Below, one piece after another: positions 27,757 through 38,800 of a DNA stretch of 54,455 bases. How positions within the stretch are numbered: the stretch's first letter is position 1; the number at the start of each line of letters is the position of its first letter. The translations under genes were made by a program, and so were the position numbers. The DNA comes from an uncultured Gemmatimonadota bacterium (GTDB lineage Bacteria > SM23-81 > DAOVCL01): the NCBI GenBank assembly GCA_964626665.1, contig CAZVGK010000025.1, positions 1 to 54,455 on the forward strand. The letters are read 5' to 3'. The notes beneath the pieces were generated by a model, which was given only the letters and a program-made list of their open reading frames with translations, was not told where the DNA came from and made no database searches.

Positions 27757-28380
27757 ATGCATATCTCATCAAGCATAGGGATCTGGATAGCTGCCTTTTT
27801 GACCCTTTTTGTCTATTCCTTCCTTTACAAGGATAACCCCTTTTACAAGTTCGCCGAACATCTGGTGATTGGACTTTCCGGAGGATATTACATTGTGACA
27901 GTCTGGACTCAAATCCTTAAGCCAAAACTCTTTACTCCTCTCTTACAGCAGGGGAATCTTATCCTGATTTTCCCATTGATTCTGGGGCTTTTTATGTGGG
28001 CAAGGTTTATTCCCAAATACTCCTGGATTAGTCGCTGGGCCATAGCATTCACTCTGGGAGTAGGTTCTGGTATTTCCATCCCGTCTGTAATGCAAGCTAT
28101 GATAATAAGACAAATACAAGCCACTATGCTACCGGTTGGTTTCCACTCCTATATCGGATGGATGAATCTTTTCATCATAGTTGGGGTGTTGACTTCCCTT
28201 ATCTATTTCTTCTTCTCCGCCGAGCACAAAGGCTTCCTGGGTGTCTCAGCCAAGATAGGTATCTGGTTTATTATGATCGGATTTGGGGCCACCTTCGGCT
28301 ATACGGTAATGTCCAGGATATCCCTTCTAATTGGGCGGATCCAATTCCTGATGACCGACTGGCTGGGGGTTTTGCATTGA
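27757..28380 (+). CDS. Module gene D2
   Basis: Paralog of D1: SFLYKDNPFYK and FGYTVMSRISLLIGR motifs. Confidence 0.85.
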   Translation: MHISSSIGIWIAAFLTLFVYSFLYKDNPFYKFAEHLVIGLSGGYYIVTVWTQILKPKLFTPLLQQGNLILIFPLILGLFMWARFIPKYSWISRWAIAFTLGVGSGISIPSVMQAMIIRQIQATMLPVGFHSYIGWMNLFIIVGVLTSLIYFFFSAEHKGFLGVSAKIGIWFIMIGFGATFGYTVMSRISLLIGRIQFLMTDWLGVLH

Positions 28381-28402
28381 GGAAATAACCTTCACAGGAG
28401 CA

Positions 28403-28659
28403 GTTTACCACAATCTTGCAAGATCTTGTTTTTTTGACAAAGTTTTTTCAGACCACCTTGAGTTGCAGACTTCTACCGCATTTTAGTGCGGGTCACTATG
28501 GAGTACCCTAACACGGTCACAGCACTCCAAACGGGCTAAAGCCCTATCAACCCCGGCTAAAGCCGGGTAGAAGAAGACTTGAACGTTGAGTAGTTTTTTT
28601 GGTCTGTGTAATCCGTGTAATCTGTGGCCCTTGTTTGGTTGCGGCTTTGCTGCACTTTG
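28403..28659. repeat. Interspersed repeat with nested TTCTACC..GGTAGAA element (28471-28572)
   Basis: Outer element matches 20689-20864 and 48115-48358; inner element matches 32122-32174, 35391-35509 and 48202-48291. Confidence 0.7.
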
Positions 28660-28752
28660 AACTGTTATAAGGGAACATTACAGTCTTATGAGGAATTATC
28701 AAGATAATTCCAGAGCAGCCGCCCAAGGCTTTTTCCAACGATTATATTAAAA

Positions 28753-29904
28753 GTGAAAGACACATTGTCTAAAATTGTAATGGGGCTGATCCTCATTCTA
28801 TTTCTTCTTCCTTTGCACCTCTATGGAGAAGAAATTGCCCCACCCTTAACCGTAAAGGCCTTCGATACTCCCAATGATGGGGGTGGGTCTATAACAATCA
28901 CCTGGGAGTTATCTCCGGATGATAGCATACTTTCAGGCTATGAGATATGGAGGTCAGATCATCCAGATACAGGCTATACAATGGTTGGATATGTGGGAAG
29001 AGGAATAAAAAGTTATAAGGATGATAAAAAGGTAACAAATGGAGTAAGTTATCATTACAGAGTAAGAGGAAGAACAAGGGGGTACGAAATCTCTGCCTTC
29101 ACGGAAGCTCCCTCTCCTGTCGTATCGAGTTATCAATGGTACCACAAAGGCAAAACGAATGTCCTTGTGGCTATAATAGTATTTACTGGATTTTTGCTCT
29201 ATTTTATATTTAGTGCCAGGAAGGGAAAACCTTTGTTTATCCGCCAGATAGCAGGTCTTGATGCCCTTGATGAGGCGGTTGGTCGGGCTACAGAGATGGG
29301 GAAGCCCCTTCTCTATGTGCCCGGATTAGGGTATCTGGATGAGATAGCCACTATTGCGTCTATGAATATACTGGGCCGAATAGCGAAGAAAGTTGCGCAA
29401 TATAATACCCCCATAATGGTGCCGGTTGCCGATCCCATTGAAATGATGGTAGCGCGTCAGGTGGTTAAGCAGGGTTATCTTGAAGCGGGAAGACCAGATG
29501 CCTATAAGGAGGAAAGCGTTTTCTTCATCACCACATCACAATTTGCTTTTGCCGCCGCCGTAGCTGGTATTATGGTTCGTGAGAAACCAGCAACAAATCT
29601 ATTTCTGGGATGGTTTCGGGCGGAATCTTTGTTACTCGCCGAAACAGGCAATATGACGGGGGCTATCCAGATCGCTGGCACCGATCAGGTCTCACAGTTG
29701 CCGTTTTTTGTTACTGCCTGTGATTACACCATCATTGGTGAGGAGTTATATGCAGCCAGTGCCTATCTGGCAAAAGACCCCGTTCTCCTTGGTTCAATCA
29801 AGGCTCAGGATTGGCTAAAATTTATTATTCTTGTATTTATCGTAACTGGGACAGTAACAACTCTCCTTGGCATACCTTTTATTCGAATCCTGTTTAATAT
29901 CTAA
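28753..29904 (+). CDS. Module gene A3 (FN3 + DUF6754-like)
   Basis: Paralog of A1/A2: DTPNDGG, EAVGRATEMG and QLPFFVTACDYT motifs. Confidence 0.85.
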   Translation: MKDTLSKIVMGLILILFLLPLHLYGEEIAPPLTVKAFDTPNDGGGSITITWELSPDDSILSGYEIWRSDHPDTGYTMVGYVGRGIKSYKDDKKVTNGVSYHYRVRGRTRGYEISAFTEAPSPVVSSYQWYHKGKTNVLVAIIVFTGFLLYFIFSARKGKPLFIRQIAGLDALDEAVGRATEMGKPLLYVPGLGYLDEIATIASMNILGRIAKKVAQYNTPIMVPVADPIEMMVARQVVKQGYLEAGRPDAYKEESVFFITTSQFAFAAAVAGIMVREKPATNLFLGWFRAESLLLAETGNMTGAIQIAGTDQVSQLPFFVTACDYTIIGEELYAASAYLAKDPVLLGSIKAQDWLKFIILVFIVTGTVTTLLGIPFIRILFNI

Positions 29905-29914
29905 GGAAGAGACT

Positions 29915-30538
29915 ATGAGACTACGAATACCCCTAATAATCGCCTTTATATGTGGCTTTGGTATGATTGCACAATTTTTTATCCCACATCCACAATCACA
30001 GAAGATCTACACAACTGCACTTGATTGGGTACAAATCATATACATCTTTATGCTTGTATTTGGTGTCAGGTCCTTATGTATTTCGCATATTCGCAAGATA
30101 AAAAAACAGAAGGAAGGCTGGGCTTACAGTGTAATTACCCTTCTTGCCCTGGCAGTTACTACCGGGATAGGAGTACGCGGAGGCGTTGGGGAGGGTGCAC
30201 CAATCTCAAAGATATTCACCTATATGCAAATGCCAATGCAGGCAACGATGTTTTCATTGCTTGCCTTCTTCATCACTTCAGCGGCTTTTCGGGCCTTCAA
30301 GGCCAGAACATTAGAGGCAACCCTCCTTCTCGTCATCGCGGTAATCGTTATGTTCGGAAGAATACCGGTAGGAGAGCGACTCTTCCCAAAGCTCCCTGGT
30401 ATAGTTGAGTGGTTGTTGATGTATCCAAATATGGCTGCCCAGCGTGGAATCCTGATCGGCATTGGGCTGGGAGCAATAGGCACTGCTTTGAAGATAATAC
30501 TTGGTATTGAAAAGGGATACTTAGGGGGAGGAGGGTAA
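29915..30538 (+). CDS. Module gene B3
   Basis: Start MRLRIPL aligns with the B1/B2 starts; same conserved motifs. Confidence 0.85.
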   Translation: MRLRIPLIIAFICGFGMIAQFFIPHPQSQKIYTTALDWVQIIYIFMLVFGVRSLCISHIRKIKKQKEGWAYSVITLLALAVTTGIGVRGGVGEGAPISKIFTYMQMPMQATMFSLLAFFITSAAFRAFKARTLEATLLLVIAVIVMFGRIPVGERLFPKLPGIVEWLLMYPNMAAQRGILIGIGLGAIGTALKIILGIEKGYLGGGG

Positions 30539-31371
30539 TGCTCAAGCAATTTATGGAGATGGATAGAAGGTATATATTCCTCCTTGTGGGGATCTGTGTG
30601 CTCATTCCCCTTCTCCTGCCTATCGGGCTTCCTACCTTTACCACCAAACATGTGCTTAACCTTTACAAGGCTATTGATGCTATTCCTCCGGAGGGGCCTG
30701 CACTTCTCCTCGCCATTGATTTTGATGCCTCCACAGCAGCAGAGCTAATGCCTATGGCAAAGGCCATCCTTCGTCAATGCTTTGCCAAGAAGACAAGAGT
30801 TCTTGTCCTATCTCTATTTCCTGCGTGCTTAGGCATGGCTGAAATAGCAGTGCGGGAGGTATCCCAGGAGTTCGATGTAAAAAACGGTGTAGATTATGTG
30901 CTTTTATCTTATAAACCCGGTGTAACCGCTATAATGCTCTCCATAGGTGAGGATATATGCAAGACGCTGGAAACAGATTATTATGGAAATGATCTTAAGG
31001 ATCTCCCTATGATGGAAGATATTCATAATTATGATGATATTCCACTGTTGGTGTCCCTTGCAGGTAGTGATCTACCTACATATTGGGTAATCTATGTTGG
31101 TACTACTTATCATCAAAGGGTGGGTTGTGGCACCACTGCGGTTTCCGCCGCCCAATATTATCCCTGGCTCCAGACAGGTCAATTCGTGGGTATGCTGGGA
31201 GGGCTTAAGGGAGCGGCTGAGTATGAAAATTTAGTAGAGCGCGCTGGATATACCAGAGCAAGGAAGGTAGCTTCCATTGGAATGGAGGCCCAATCTATAG
31301 CCCATTTGTTATTGATTACACTTATAATACTGGGCAATATTGCTTATTTCACCTCAAGAAGGAAGGAATAA
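30538..31371 (+). CDS. Module gene C3
   Basis: LQTGQFVGMLGGLKGAAEYE motif; TAATG coupling. Confidence 0.85.
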   Translation: MLKQFMEMDRRYIFLLVGICVLIPLLLPIGLPTFTTKHVLNLYKAIDAIPPEGPALLLAIDFDASTAAELMPMAKAILRQCFAKKTRVLVLSLFPACLGMAEIAVREVSQEFDVKNGVDYVLLSYKPGVTAIMLSIGEDICKTLETDYYGNDLKDLPMMEDIHNYDDIPLLVSLAGSDLPTYWVIYVGTTYHQRVGCGTTAVSAAQYYPWLQTGQFVGMLGGLKGAAEYENLVERAGYTRARKVASIGMEAQSIAHLLLITLIILGNIAYFTSRRKE

Positions 31372-31973
31372 TGTCCCCAGATCCCTGGATATGGATAGCA
31401 GCGCTTTTGACTTTGTGTATATTCTCTTTCCTATATAAGGACAACCCATTTTATAAGTTTGCGGAACATTTACTTGTTGGCGTTTCAGTAGGTTATGCAA
31501 TTACCTTTTACTACCATAATGCGCTCATACCAAAGGTGTGGAAACCTCTGGTAATAAGAGGTGAATATCGGGTAATCTTCCCATTTATATTGGGCCTTTT
31601 GTGCTTTTCCATATTTTGGCCAAAAATCTCCTGGCTTATCAGATATCCACTTGCCTTTACTATGGGAACCTATTGTGGGATGGCTGTGCCTCGTCACTTT
31701 CAAGCTCGCATATTCCAACAACTACAGGGAACAATGATTACATCACTCAGTCTAAGCAATATCATAATGGTTGTCGGGGTAATTGCAACGCTTACCTATT
31801 TCTTCTTCTCCTTGGAGCATAAAGGAGTGGTTGGGAAAGTTGCCAAGTTAGGTATCTGGTATATAATGCTGGCCTTCGGGGCCGCCTTTGGCTATACAGT
31901 TATGGCAAGAATATCCCTGTTCATTGGGCGGCTTCAGTTCCTTCTCCATGATTGGTTGGGGTTGATCCATTGA
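31371..31973 (+). CDS. Module gene D3
   Basis: SFLYKDNPFYK and FGYTVMARISLFIGR motifs; TAATG coupling. Confidence 0.85.
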   Translation: MSPDPWIWIAALLTLCIFSFLYKDNPFYKFAEHLLVGVSVGYAITFYYHNALIPKVWKPLVIRGEYRVIFPFILGLLCFSIFWPKISWLIRYPLAFTMGTYCGMAVPRHFQARIFQQLQGTMITSLSLSNIIMVVGVIATLTYFFFSLEHKGVVGKVAKLGIWYIMLAFGAAFGYTVMARISLFIGRLQFLLHDWLGLIH

Positions 31974-32037
31974 AAAAGTAATAAGTTGTGGTTTCCCTCG
32001 TTGAGGTGGCAAAGCCTGATTGCGCCCACGCTTCTTG

Positions 32038-32310
32038 TGTAGGGGCTCGATTTATCAAGCCCACGAGATCCGGGTCGCATAAATGCGACCCCTACATACG
32101 CTCACAGTAGATCAGAAATCTTTCTACCCGGCTTTAGCCGAGAGTCCCTCACCCTGCACTAAAGTGCGGTAGAAAACCAGACCCTCACCACGGATCATCA
32201 CGGACCAACCCTGAAAAGGATTTGTATTAGTCACGTTCCGTGAATTTCCGTGATACTCCGTGGTAATCCGTCGTCTCCTACTGAGGTGGCAGAACCCCGG
32301 TTCTGCCACC
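32038..32310. repeat. Cluster of REP-like palindromes
   Basis: GTAGGGGC..GGGTCGCATAAATGCGACCCCTAC (also ~35336-35390 and ~53188); TTCTACC..GGTAGAA; GGTGGCAGAAC..GTTCTGCCACC (also ~24960 and ~53286). Confidence 0.7.
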
Positions 32311-32464
32311 TTTCTCTTTTGCCGTCAGAATTGGGATTCCGACGGCTCGGCGGGGGCAGTGTTTTTGCCCTCAGATGAAGGCATCTGACAGTTCTTCTCA
32401 TCTTCAGAGCTCACCTTCCCAAAAATCACTTGATTTTTCCAATCCTTACCGTTAAAATAAACCC

Positions 32465-33829
32465 ATGATGTCCATTCCCACCTTAAAATACGAAGCCGGA
32501 ACCATAATCCTGGAGAACCCAGGAAGGGTGAAGCTTCCCCCATTCTTTCTCTGGGACAAAAGGGAGAAAAAGTGGAGGGCAATGGCCCTCTACTATCAGG
32601 AGGCGATTAACTTTTTCCGCCTTCAGGGGATGGAAATCGTTAATAGGATTCCTCAATTCCCCCGGCTGGGTCTGAAGCTTCGCTCCCACTTTGATCTCAG
32701 ACCCTACCAGAGGGAGGCCATCGAGGCTTGGAGAAGGGTTGGCTATCGGGGGACGGTCGTTCTCCCCACCGGGGCAGGAAAGAGCTACTTAGCCTTAAAG
32801 GCTATATCCTTGCTGGATAGGAGCACTCTAATTATCCTTCCCACTATAGATCTAATGAACCAGTGGTATGGCCTCCTCAGGGATGGCTTTGGGATGGAAG
32901 TGGGCATCTTGGGGGGAGGCTACCATCAGATAGAGAAGGTAACAGTAGCCACCTATGATAGCGGCTATATCCATATAGACCGTTATGGGGATAGATTTGC
33001 CCTCCTTGTCTTCGATGAGGTGCATCACCTCCCTTCCCCCAAGTATTCCCACATCCCCCAGATGTCCATAGCCCCCTATAGGCTGGGCCTCACCGCTACC
33101 TATCGCAGGCCGGATGAGCTCCATCGTCGGTTGGGGGAGTTGGTGGGAAGGGTGGTCTACCAGAAGAGGGTTGCCGATCTAAAAGGTGAACACCTCTCGG
33201 ATTATGAGATCATCAGGCTGAGGGTGGGTTTAGCCTCTCAGGAAAGGAAGGAGTATGAGAGGAGCTTGCAGGATTATACAGGCTATGTGCGGGAGAAAAA
33301 GGTGAGATATTATGGCACAAGATGGGAGGATTTCATCAGGGAGAGTTCTTATAACGGCGAGGCGAGAAAGGCCCTTTTGGCCAGAAAAAAGGTTCACCAG
33401 ATAATCTACCATGCTCAGAGGAAATTGGAGATCTTGGAGGCCCTGATCAAACAACACCACCGGGAGAGGATGATCATCTTTACCCAGGACAACGAGTTCG
33501 TTTACCGCATCTCCCAGGCATTCCTTATCCCCTGTATAACCCATCAGACCAAAACCATAGAGAGGAAAGCCATCTTAGACCATTTCCGAAATGGGGATTA
33601 CCCCATCATCTGCACCTCAAAGGTTTTGAACGAGGGGATAGATGTCCCTGAGGCCAAGGTTGCCGTTATCCTCAGCGGAAGCGCAGCCCCCAGGGAACAC
33701 CTTCAAAGGTTGGGCAGGATACTGAGGAAAAGCTCAGGCAAGAAAGCCTTGCTTTATGAGGTGGTAGTCAAAGGGACAAAGGAGGTCCAGATCTCCTATC
33801 ACCGTCGGGGGAAGGATGCTCACCTCTGA
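32465..33829 (+). CDS. SF2 DEAH helicase, XPB/SSL2-like
   Basis: LRPYQREA, LPTGAGKS, DEVHH, GLTAT, LNEGIDVP and QRLGRILR motifs. Confidence 0.92.
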   Translation: MMSIPTLKYEAGTIILENPGRVKLPPFFLWDKREKKWRAMALYYQEAINFFRLQGMEIVNRIPQFPRLGLKLRSHFDLRPYQREAIEAWRRVGYRGTVVLPTGAGKSYLALKAISLLDRSTLIILPTIDLMNQWYGLLRDGFGMEVGILGGGYHQIEKVTVATYDSGYIHIDRYGDRFALLVFDEVHHLPSPKYSHIPQMSIAPYRLGLTATYRRPDELHRRLGELVGRVVYQKRVADLKGEHLSDYEIIRLRVGLASQERKEYERSLQDYTGYVREKKVRYYGTRWEDFIRESSYNGEARKALLARKKVHQIIYHAQRKLEILEALIKQHHRERMIIFTQDNEFVYRISQAFLIPCITHQTKTIERKAILDHFRNGDYPIICTSKVLNEGIDVPEAKVAVILSGSAAPREHLQRLGRILRKSSGKKALLYEVVVKGTKEVQISYHRRGKDAHL

Positions 33830-35045
33830 CCTTATCCGATATAGGATCATAGATGATCAGATAATCCCGGCCTACATCGCCAGAAAGGAGGCAGCAAGAT
33901 ACCTGAGGGTGGGTGAGGATCTTATCCAAATCTATAAAAGCTCCATTGGCCACCCTCGCGGGGAGATAAAGAGGAAACTGGAGGATTATGAGTCGTCCAG
34001 CACAGACTACAGGATATTCCGGGGACTCTCCAAGCTACTGGAGGAGAAGGCCACCTTTTCGCCTCCCGCGGGCTGGGACTACCCCCGACTCCGGGAAGAG
34101 GTTTTCCGCCAAGCAACCAAGGCATATCCTATAGTCACCCAGCCGGACCTAATATATCAAACAAGAAGGGAGAATGTCTTAGAATCCATTGCCCAAAGGT
34201 TGGGGGTAGCACCCCAAGAGCTTGGCGAGGGCCTTTATGGGGACCTCCTCCAAAATCATATCCTCACCAATATGGAGGAGATCACCCCAGAGGGACTTTT
34301 ACGCAGGTATAACCTTGCTTTGGCTCAAGGGATACTCTACCGAGCTCTGAGGATGAGGATTGAGCTTTCCTCCAACTACAAGGCGGTATTTAGATACATC
34401 AAGCTGGCCGGGCTCATCTATCTTATTGAAAAAAATCCTCAGGGTGTTTATTCGATCACCCTCACTGGCCCTGCCTCCCTCCTGCGGCGCACCCAAAAGT
34501 ATGGGGTTAATATGGCTCGCTTCCTCCCTGGCCTTCTTTTGGCCTCTAAGTGGAGGATGTGGGCCGATGTCTCCACCCCCGCTGGGATGAAGGTCTTCTC
34601 CTTGGATCAGGACTGTGGCCTCCACTCCCATTACCATCCAGAGAAGTTATTCGATTCTAAATTGGAAGAGATTTTTGCCCGTAAGTTTAAAAAGAGGCAA
34701 ACGGAGTGGAAAATGGAGAGGGAAGGTGAGGTAATTGACCTGGTGGGAAGGGTGTTTATCCCAGACTTTACCTTCACTCATCGGGATGGCCGGGAGGCCT
34801 CCTTGGAGATAGTCGGCTTCTGGACCCCAGAGTATCTGGAGAAAAAGTTGGAGAAGCTGCGGGCCGCGGGAAGGAGAAACCTCATCGTGGCTGTAAACCA
34901 GACCCTCAACTGTTCTTCCGATGATTTCTCTGGCCCGGTCATCTTCTTCAAATACGCGCTCCAGCCATCCCAGGTCTTAGAAAAGCTAAAGGAGATAGGA
35001 AAAGTGCCTGAAAAGGAGGAAATCCCTGGCTTTATAAGTGACTGA
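33816..35045 (+). CDS. DUF790 (Bax1-like) nuclease
   Basis: RYNLALAQG.LY, LTGPASL, FDSKLEE.FA and FIPDF..LEIVGFWTPEYL motifs; overlaps the helicase. Confidence 0.88.
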   Translation: MLTSDLIRYRIIDDQIIPAYIARKEAARYLRVGEDLIQIYKSSIGHPRGEIKRKLEDYESSSTDYRIFRGLSKLLEEKATFSPPAGWDYPRLREEVFRQATKAYPIVTQPDLIYQTRRENVLESIAQRLGVAPQELGEGLYGDLLQNHILTNMEEITPEGLLRRYNLALAQGILYRALRMRIELSSNYKAVFRYIKLAGLIYLIEKNPQGVYSITLTGPASLLRRTQKYGVNMARFLPGLLLASKWRMWADVSTPAGMKVFSLDQDCGLHSHYHPEKLFDSKLEEIFARKFKKRQTEWKMEREGEVIDLVGRVFIPDFTFTHRDGREASLEIVGFWTPEYLEKKLEKLRAAGRRNLIVAVNQTLNCSSDDFSGPVIFFKYALQPSQVLEKLKEIGKVPEKEEIPGFISD

Positions 35046-35130
35046 GATTTGGTAAATGCCCCCATTGAAAGGCTCAGTCCTACATTAAAAATACAGGAAT
35101 CTCACCTCATCAGAAGACCTGCATCGCGAA

Positions 35131-35180
35131 TAGCTCCCCTTCAAATAAGCTTGACCGAAGGGGGTTATTTTATTATCTTT
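35131..35180 (+). terminator. Possible intrinsic terminator
   Basis: TAGCTCCCCTTC / GAAGGGGGTTA stem followed by a T-rich tract; loop is long (14 nt). Confidence 0.4.
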
Positions 35181-35882
35181 AGGGTAACACCAGGGTGACA
35201 ATTCAGGGGGGCAGGGATCAGGAGTAAGATATTTCGGCGAAGCTTCAGATGAAGAATGTAATTAAGGTTGAATCAAGGCGAGGCGGCAGAACCTCGATTC
35301 TACTACAGTTAGATCAGGTAAATTCCTTTGTTCCTTGTAGGGGCTTGATTTATCAAGCCCCTACGGGTCGCATAAATGCGACCCCTACATTTCTACCGGG
35401 TTCCCCTGGTTCGGGACGGGTAGCCGGGGTGGAGAAGGCTTTAGTCCGTTCTCTGGACTCGACCTCAAAGGGCCAGAAGGCCCTTAATTCGTACTAAAAT
35501 GTGGTAAAAGTTGGTGATTGCTTCGGCTTGCCACTTCGCTGCCGTTCAGGGCAAGCCTCGCAGTGGCAGGCAAAGAGTTCCGTCATTGCGAGGAGCGAAG
35601 CGACGAAGCAATCTCATTCTCCCCGGCTTTAGCCCTGCCCGCAAGAGCCGGAGGGACATCCCGACCATTTGCTTGGTCGGGACAGGTTCCTGTTTGTTCC
35701 TACGCGCCCTCCGTCAGGGCAGAGCCCTGACGGAACAATATTCGTGTGGTTCTGTAGTGAATTGGAGCGCGACGGTCAGATGAGGGTATCTGACCGCTCG
35801 ACTAAATTTCTATTTTCAGTACTTTAGAGGAAAGATTTTGTGGTGAACTGCTGCCTTTAAGCCAACACTGGGAGATAAAAAA

Positions 35883-38800
35883 GTGAAGAAGATAATTTTT
35901 CTAAGCTTAATTCTAATGGCTACTCTTGCTGGGGATGCTTTTGCCCAGCCAGGAGCTAAAGTTACTTTTCCCCAGGGAGATATAAGTTTTTCTTCCCGAA
36001 AAGGATATGATTTAGTCAGCTTCCCTGGATGTGAATTTACCTCTAAGGTTGGGGAGCCAAAGCTTCCTGTTAAGCAACTCTCCTTTGTCCTGCCGCCTTA
36101 TCAAAGGGTAAAAGGAGTTGTGGTAAGATCCAAACATCAGGTGGAGTTAAAGGGAGAGTTCCTTATCTTTCCTGTTCAGCAACCTATTCCTGTAGGCCCC
36201 CAGGCGCAGAGCCAAGAGTTCGTTCTTCCTAAACCGGAGATTTACAATTCCCACAAACTTTATCCCTCAGAAGCAATAAGAATTACATCTAATGGTTACT
36301 CCTTTGGCTACCACTTGGTCAGCATAGAGGTTTATCCCCTTCAGTATATCCCAGGTGAGAAGAAACTATTTCTGAATGAGGAGATTGATTTCTCCTTTGA
36401 AATGGGTGAAAATGAAGTGGGGCCAGCTCCCGTTATGAAGAGGAGGTTAAGAACCCAGAGGCAAATTGAGAAGATGATCAAGGGCCTGGTTTACAACCCT
36501 AACGATGTTGATATATATTCTAATCCCCCCCTCCATTTAGTTGGGGAGATAAAAAAGATAGAGGGATTTAATTTGGAGAAGGTGAAGTCTTCCCCTGATT
36601 TAGTGGCAGAGTATGTGATCATTACCGCTGATTCTTTAGTCGATCAATTTCAGCCTTTAGCCGACTGGAGAATGAGGGAGGGTATCCCGGCTGCTATTGT
36701 AACTCTCTCCTGGATTGAGTCTCTCTATCGAGGATGCGATTTGCAGGAGAAGATAAGAAATTTCATCAAGGATGCCTATAGTAATCTGGGAACGTCATAT
36801 GTGCTTTTAGGGGGGGATACGGAGATCGTCCCGGTGCGAATGGGATGGGCGAAGAATCAGGCGATTCCTACTGATCTCTACTATTCTGCTATTGATGGCA
36901 ACTGGAATTGGGATGGAGATTCCCAATTTGGGGAAAGTAGTCAGGATGATAAGTCGCCAGATCTCTTTGTGGGCAGATTACCAGTTAGAGATAGGGGAGA
37001 TGGGGCGAACTTAGTAAGAAAAACATTGAGATATGAGCGCAATCCAGATATGAGTTATCTAAGGAAGATGCTATTCTTGGGGGCATCAGTGACGCTAGAT
37101 ACTACCGAACACATAGGGCAGGACACTAAGGATACCATTTCCCTTTACCCTGATATCTTTAATGAAATGAAGATTTGTAAACTTTATTCTCGTTTTGCAC
37201 AGACAGGAGGAGATGCAGAGCTAAATAGTCAAAATGTAGTTGATTCCTTAAATAGCGGGTATGGGATTGTCAACCATTATGATCATGGGGCAAAATATGA
37301 GATAGATACTGGGTATAGAACAGGTGGGGGGAAGTTGGAAATTACGGATGTTGATAGTTTGCATAACGATTACAAACCTTTTATTATCTTTTCCTTCTCC
37401 TGTTATTGTGCGGCTTTTGATTATGACTGCATTGCCGAGCACTTCCTCCTCCATCCTACAGGTGGTGCTTTAGCTTTTATTGGCCATTCCAGGAGTGCGA
37501 CTACAAATCAGGACTATGATGACAAATATTTCTTTCAAGCCCTGTTTGATAGTTTGTATCCCAGGATAGGCCAGGCCTTTTTGAACACCCAAACAAGAAT
37601 TTCAGACAGTTATGTTATTTACAACCTTACCTTTTTGGGAGATCCTGGGATGCCAGTCTGGACCCATCCCCCCGAGAGCTTATCCGTTGATTACTCTCCT
37701 ACTATCTTTACCGAGGATTCAAACTTCGTCGTCACTGTGAAGGATTTGACAACTTCTGTCCCTCTTGAGGGGGCTTTAGTCTGCCTAAAGAAAGGGGATG
37801 AGAATTACAACTTTGGCTACACAGATGTCACCGGAAAGGCGGACTTTAGCCTCACCCCAGATACCCCCGGAACACTTCTGGTAACTGTGACCGCCTTCTG
37901 TAGGGATGTGGGGGGAGATACTAAAAGCTATTTGCCTCATCAAGGCTGTTGCATTGTAGAGAGTTCAGAACAGGCTCATCTATATCTGGAAGATTTCACG
38001 ATCTACGACAGTGTCTCCCTTGGGTTTGATGGAAATGGTGATGGCTTGGCAAACGCCGGGGAAACCATAGGCTTGATTATATCCCTGGGGAATAGTGGCC
38101 TGGTTGCTGCCGATAGTGTCTGGGCCCTTTTTTCCACCGCATCTGATTCGGTTGATTTGATAGATTCAACCGCCTTTTTCAGAAACTTGCCGTCAGGGGT
38201 TGTGGTAACTTCATTGGATACAGTCGTATTGAACATAAAGAAGGATTGCCCAGATAGAGAGCTTCTTAAGTTTCAAATATGGATCACGGATGACTCGAAC
38301 AATGTCTGGGATGACAGCTTGAAGCTGAAGGCTTATGCTCCGGAGCTTTCCCACATCGGCCACTTTGTAGATGATGGATCAAACCATCAGGCTGATCCAG
38401 GGGATACTATTAGGCTGCCCATAAGAGTGGCCAACTATGGCTGGGGATCTGCAAGGGATGTGGTGGCGATGTTGAGCACTAGAAGTTCCCATATTTCCAT
38501 CTTCAGCGACAGCATCTACTTGGGGGATATTCCCTCAAATTCAGTCATGGAGAGAGACAGCGGTTTCAGGTTTTATTTGCTCGCAGATTATGATGCCCAG
38601 AAGGATAGCCTGGAACTTTCCATGAGAGACCATTACGGAAGAATCTGGGATTCAGGTTTTGAGCTCTCTCCTCCTGATACTGTGAGGAGTTTGGAGGTAA
38701 CGGGAGGGACGGATTTTATAGACCTAAAATGGACACCCAATTCAGATGTGGATCTGATGGGATATAATGTTTACCGAAGTGACTCCTTGGATGGCCCTTT

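Noticed and set aside
35249-35783. ORFs 35249..35497, 35511..35783 and 35518..35730
   Set aside because: Composed of REP-like repeats with no domain signal
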